10,122 nucleotides of DNA from a virus. Its lineage: Duplodnaviria > Heunggongvirae > Uroviricota > Caudoviricetes. The notes beneath the pieces are model-generated. The model made no database searches. It had not been told where the DNA came from and saw only the letters and a program-made list of their open reading frames with translations. Every line of letters begins with the position of its first letter. Position 1 is the stretch's first letter. Below are positions 8,801 through 10,122 of this stretch, piece by piece. Position numbers and translations under genes: made by a program. Location of the stretch: IMG/VR virus record IMGVR_UViG_2711768040_000012. One strand, 5' to 3'.

Positions 8801-9391
8801 CGTTTTGTTCTGCAGCTGGTCTGTGGTGCTGTCCGGCGTCATCCTGCGCATCCGGATATTAAACGGGCGCGGCGGCAGGTTATCCACCACAACCGAGGCC
8901 AGATACTGTGAGGTGGTTTTGCCCTTAATGGTGATGTCTTTTTCCGTCACCCAGCCACCGTTACGTTGTATCTGAACCAGCAGGCGGACTTCCGATGGAT
9001 TCCTGTCCCCCTTTGAGGTGGTTTCCACCAGTGCCTGCACGCCGAAAGTAAAACGCAGACGGTCAATGTTTGCCGACGTGATGGTCCGGGTGATCGGCGT
9101 GTCGTATTTCACTTCCGTACCCAGCACCGTCTCGGAGCCAGAGGATTCAAATCCCTCCGGCGGTGTCTGCTCCTGCTCACCGGCCCGGAACACCACCGTT
9201 ACACCGGAGATATTGGTATTCCCCTCACTGTCCAGCACTGGCGTACTGTTCAGCAGCACGCTTTTTAATCCATCCACCGGACCTTCAATCGGCCCTTCGC
9301 TGATGGCATCGATCACACTCAGCAACTGCGTGGACTTCAGGTTGTCCTTCGCTTCGCGCGGAGTATGCCCCTTACTGCTGCCTTTACCCAT
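5894..9391 (-). CDS. J: Tail tip / host-specificity protein J (central tail fibre), 1165 aa
   Basis: Complete ORF, ATG 9389-9391 (GAGG Shine-Dalgarno 5 nt upstream) and TGA 5894-5896. First roughly 820 residues ([45 protein letters not shown]...) are near-identical to lambda gpJ as recalled. The C-terminal roughly 340 residues are diverged and about 33 aa longer than lambda's 1132-aa protein. Confidence 0.95.
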   Translation of the reverse strand: MGKGSSKGHTPREAKDNLKSTQLLSVIDAISEGPIEGPVDGLKSVLLNSTPVLDSEGNTNISGVTVVFRAGEQEQTPPEGFESSGSETVLGTEVKYDTPITRTITSANIDRLRFTFGVQALVETTSKGDRNPSEVRLLVQIQRNGGWVTEKDITIKGKTTSQYLASVVVDNLPPRPFNIRMRRMTPDSTTDQLQNKTLWSSYTEIIDVKQGYPNTALVGVQVDSEQFGSQQVSRNYHLRGRILQVPSNYNPQTRQYSGIWDGTFKPAYSNNMAWCLWDMLTHPRYGMGKRLGAADVDKWALYVIGQHCDQSVPDGFGGTEPRITCNAYLTTQRKAWDVLSDFCSAMRCMPVWNGQTLTFVQDRPSDKVWTYNRSNVVMPDDGAPFRYSFSALKDRHNAVEVNWIDPNNGWETATELVEDTQAIARYGRNVTKMDAFGCTSRGQAHRAGLWLIKTELLETQTVDFSVGAEGLRHVPGDVIEICDDDYAGISTGGRVLAVNSQTRTLTLDREITLPSSGTTLISLVDGSGNPVSVEVQSVTDGVKVKVSRVPDGVAEYSVWGLKLPTLRQRLFRCVSIRDNDDGTYAITAVQHVPEKEAIVDNGAHFDGDQSGTVNGVTPPAVQHLTAEVTADSGEYQVLARWDTPKVVKGVSFLLRLTVAADDGRERLVSTARTTETTYRFTQLALGNYRLTVRAVNAWGQQGDPASVSFRIAAPAAPSRIELTPGYFQITATPHLAVYDPTVQFEFWFSEKRIADIRQVETSARYLGTALYWIAASINIKPGHDYYFYVRSVNTVGKSAFVEAVGQPSDDASGYLDFFKGEIGKTHLAQELWTQIDNGQLAPDLTEIRTSITDVSNEITQTVNKKLEDQSAAIQQIQKVQVDTNNNLNSMWAVKLQQMQDGRLYIAGIGAGIENTPDGMQSQVLLAADRIAMINPANGNTKPMFVGQGDQIFMNEVFLKRLTAPTITSGGNPPAFSLTSDGRLTAKNADISGSVNANSGTLNNVTINQNCTIKGMLEATQVRGDFVKAVSKAFPKKVGTWGNTETPNGTVTVTISDDHNFDRQIIIPPIIFNGIAYDDPGSGNNPGGTRYTGYGFEVRKNGVLIASRETKGAIPGSYSAVIDMPSGRGSVTLEFKIFQKGNQGAGNITDCTVIVTKKAASGISIR

Positions 9392-9412
9392 TCCTCACGC
9401 TCCATAAACGAC

Positions 9413-9433
9413 AAAACCGCCCGGAGGCGGTTT
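9413..9433 (-). other. Perfect 8-bp GC-rich stem-loop in the I-J intergenic spacer
   Basis: AAACCGCC (9414-9421), loop CGGA, GGCGGTTT (9426-9433), perfectly self-complementary. Lies in the 59-nt gap between the I stop and the J start. The flanking U content on the minus-strand transcript is only moderate, so terminator function is uncertain. Confidence 0.35.
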
Positions 9434-9450
9434 CACATAAACGTTTTTCA

Positions 9451-10122
9451 TCAGCGACCAATCACCACAACCTGACCACCGTCCCCTTCGTCTGCCGTGC
9501 TGATCTCCTGAGAAACCACACGTGATCCCACGCGCATTTCACCGTACAGAACGGGCAGAACATTGCCCTGGGCAACCATGTTATCCAGTGAGGAGAAATA
9601 GGTGTTTTGTTTGCCGTTATCCGTTGTCTGTGTACGGGGAGTTCTGGCTTTCGGTGCCAGCATCTGGGCCACACCACCGAGCACCATACTGGCACCGAGA
9701 GAAAACAGGATGCCGGTCATACCACCGGCCCCAATGGCTTCCCCCCACGCTGCAAGGGTGGCTCCGGCAGTAAAGAATGATCCGGCAATGGCGGCTGCTC
9801 CCAGGACAATCTGGAATACACCACCAGACTTGGCCCCGGCGACTCTGGGAACAATATGAATCACAGCGCCATCAGGCAGAGTCTCATGTAACTGCGCCGT
9901 TAACCCGGACGTGCTGACGTCCCGCCCGGCAATCCGTACCTGATACCAGCCGTCGCTCAGTTTCTGACGAAACGCCGGGAGCTGTGTGGCCAGTGCGCGG
10001 ATGGCTTCAGCCCCCGTTTTCACACGAAGGTCGATGCGGCGGCCAAATCGTTGCAAATCCCCGTAAAGGCAGATGCGCGCCATGCCCGGTGACGCCAGAG
10101 GGAGTGTGTGCGTCGCTGCCAT
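9451..10122 (-). CDS. I: Tail tip assembly protein I, 223 aa
   Basis: Minus-strand ORF with ATG at 10120-10122 (window edge) and TGA at 9451-9453. Translation MAATHTLPLASPGMARICLYGDLQRFGRRIDLRVKTGAEAIRALATQLPAFRQKLSDGWYQVRIAGRD...GQVVVIGR matches lambda gpI as recalled, including the Gly/Ala-rich hydrophobic central segment. Confidence 0.95.
   Translation of the reverse strand: MAATHTLPLASPGMARICLYGDLQRFGRRIDLRVKTGAEAIRALATQLPAFRQKLSDGWYQVRIAGRDVSTSGLTAQLHETLPDGAVIHIVPRVAGAKSGGVFQIVLGAAAIAGSFFTAGATLAAWGEAIGAGGMTGILFSLGASMVLGGVAQMLAPKARTPRTQTTDNGKQNTYFSSLDNMVAQGNVLPVLYGEMRVGSRVVSQEISTADEGDGGQVVVIGR

Overview
This window is the distal end of the late (tail) region of a lambdoid prophage of the Rac/lambda type from an enterobacterium, almost certainly Escherichia coli. 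All protein identifications are by recognition of the translated sequence from memory of lambda and E. coli K-12 prophage proteins; no database search was run. Tail genes lie on the minus strand, so the window is reverse-complemented relative to the lambda map. From right to left: tail assembly gene I (complete, its ATG is the last three bases of the window), host-specificity gene J, the lysogenic-conversion outer-membrane gene lom, the side tail fibre gene stf, and the tail fibre assembly gene tfa. On the plus strand are a Pin-family serine DNA invertase and a 77-aa YnaE/YdfK-family gene. The most notable observation is that stf is broken by a frameshift exactly where the conserved GIVQLSSATNS motif should be. 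Other points are a J gene whose C-terminal receptor-binding region differs from lambda J, an invertase with no recognisable invertible segment, and several stem-loops. I see no RNA genes, CRISPR arrays, insertion sequences or evidence of a novel multi-gene system; most long ORFs in the six-frame track that overlap stf and J are alternative-frame or antisense artefacts.
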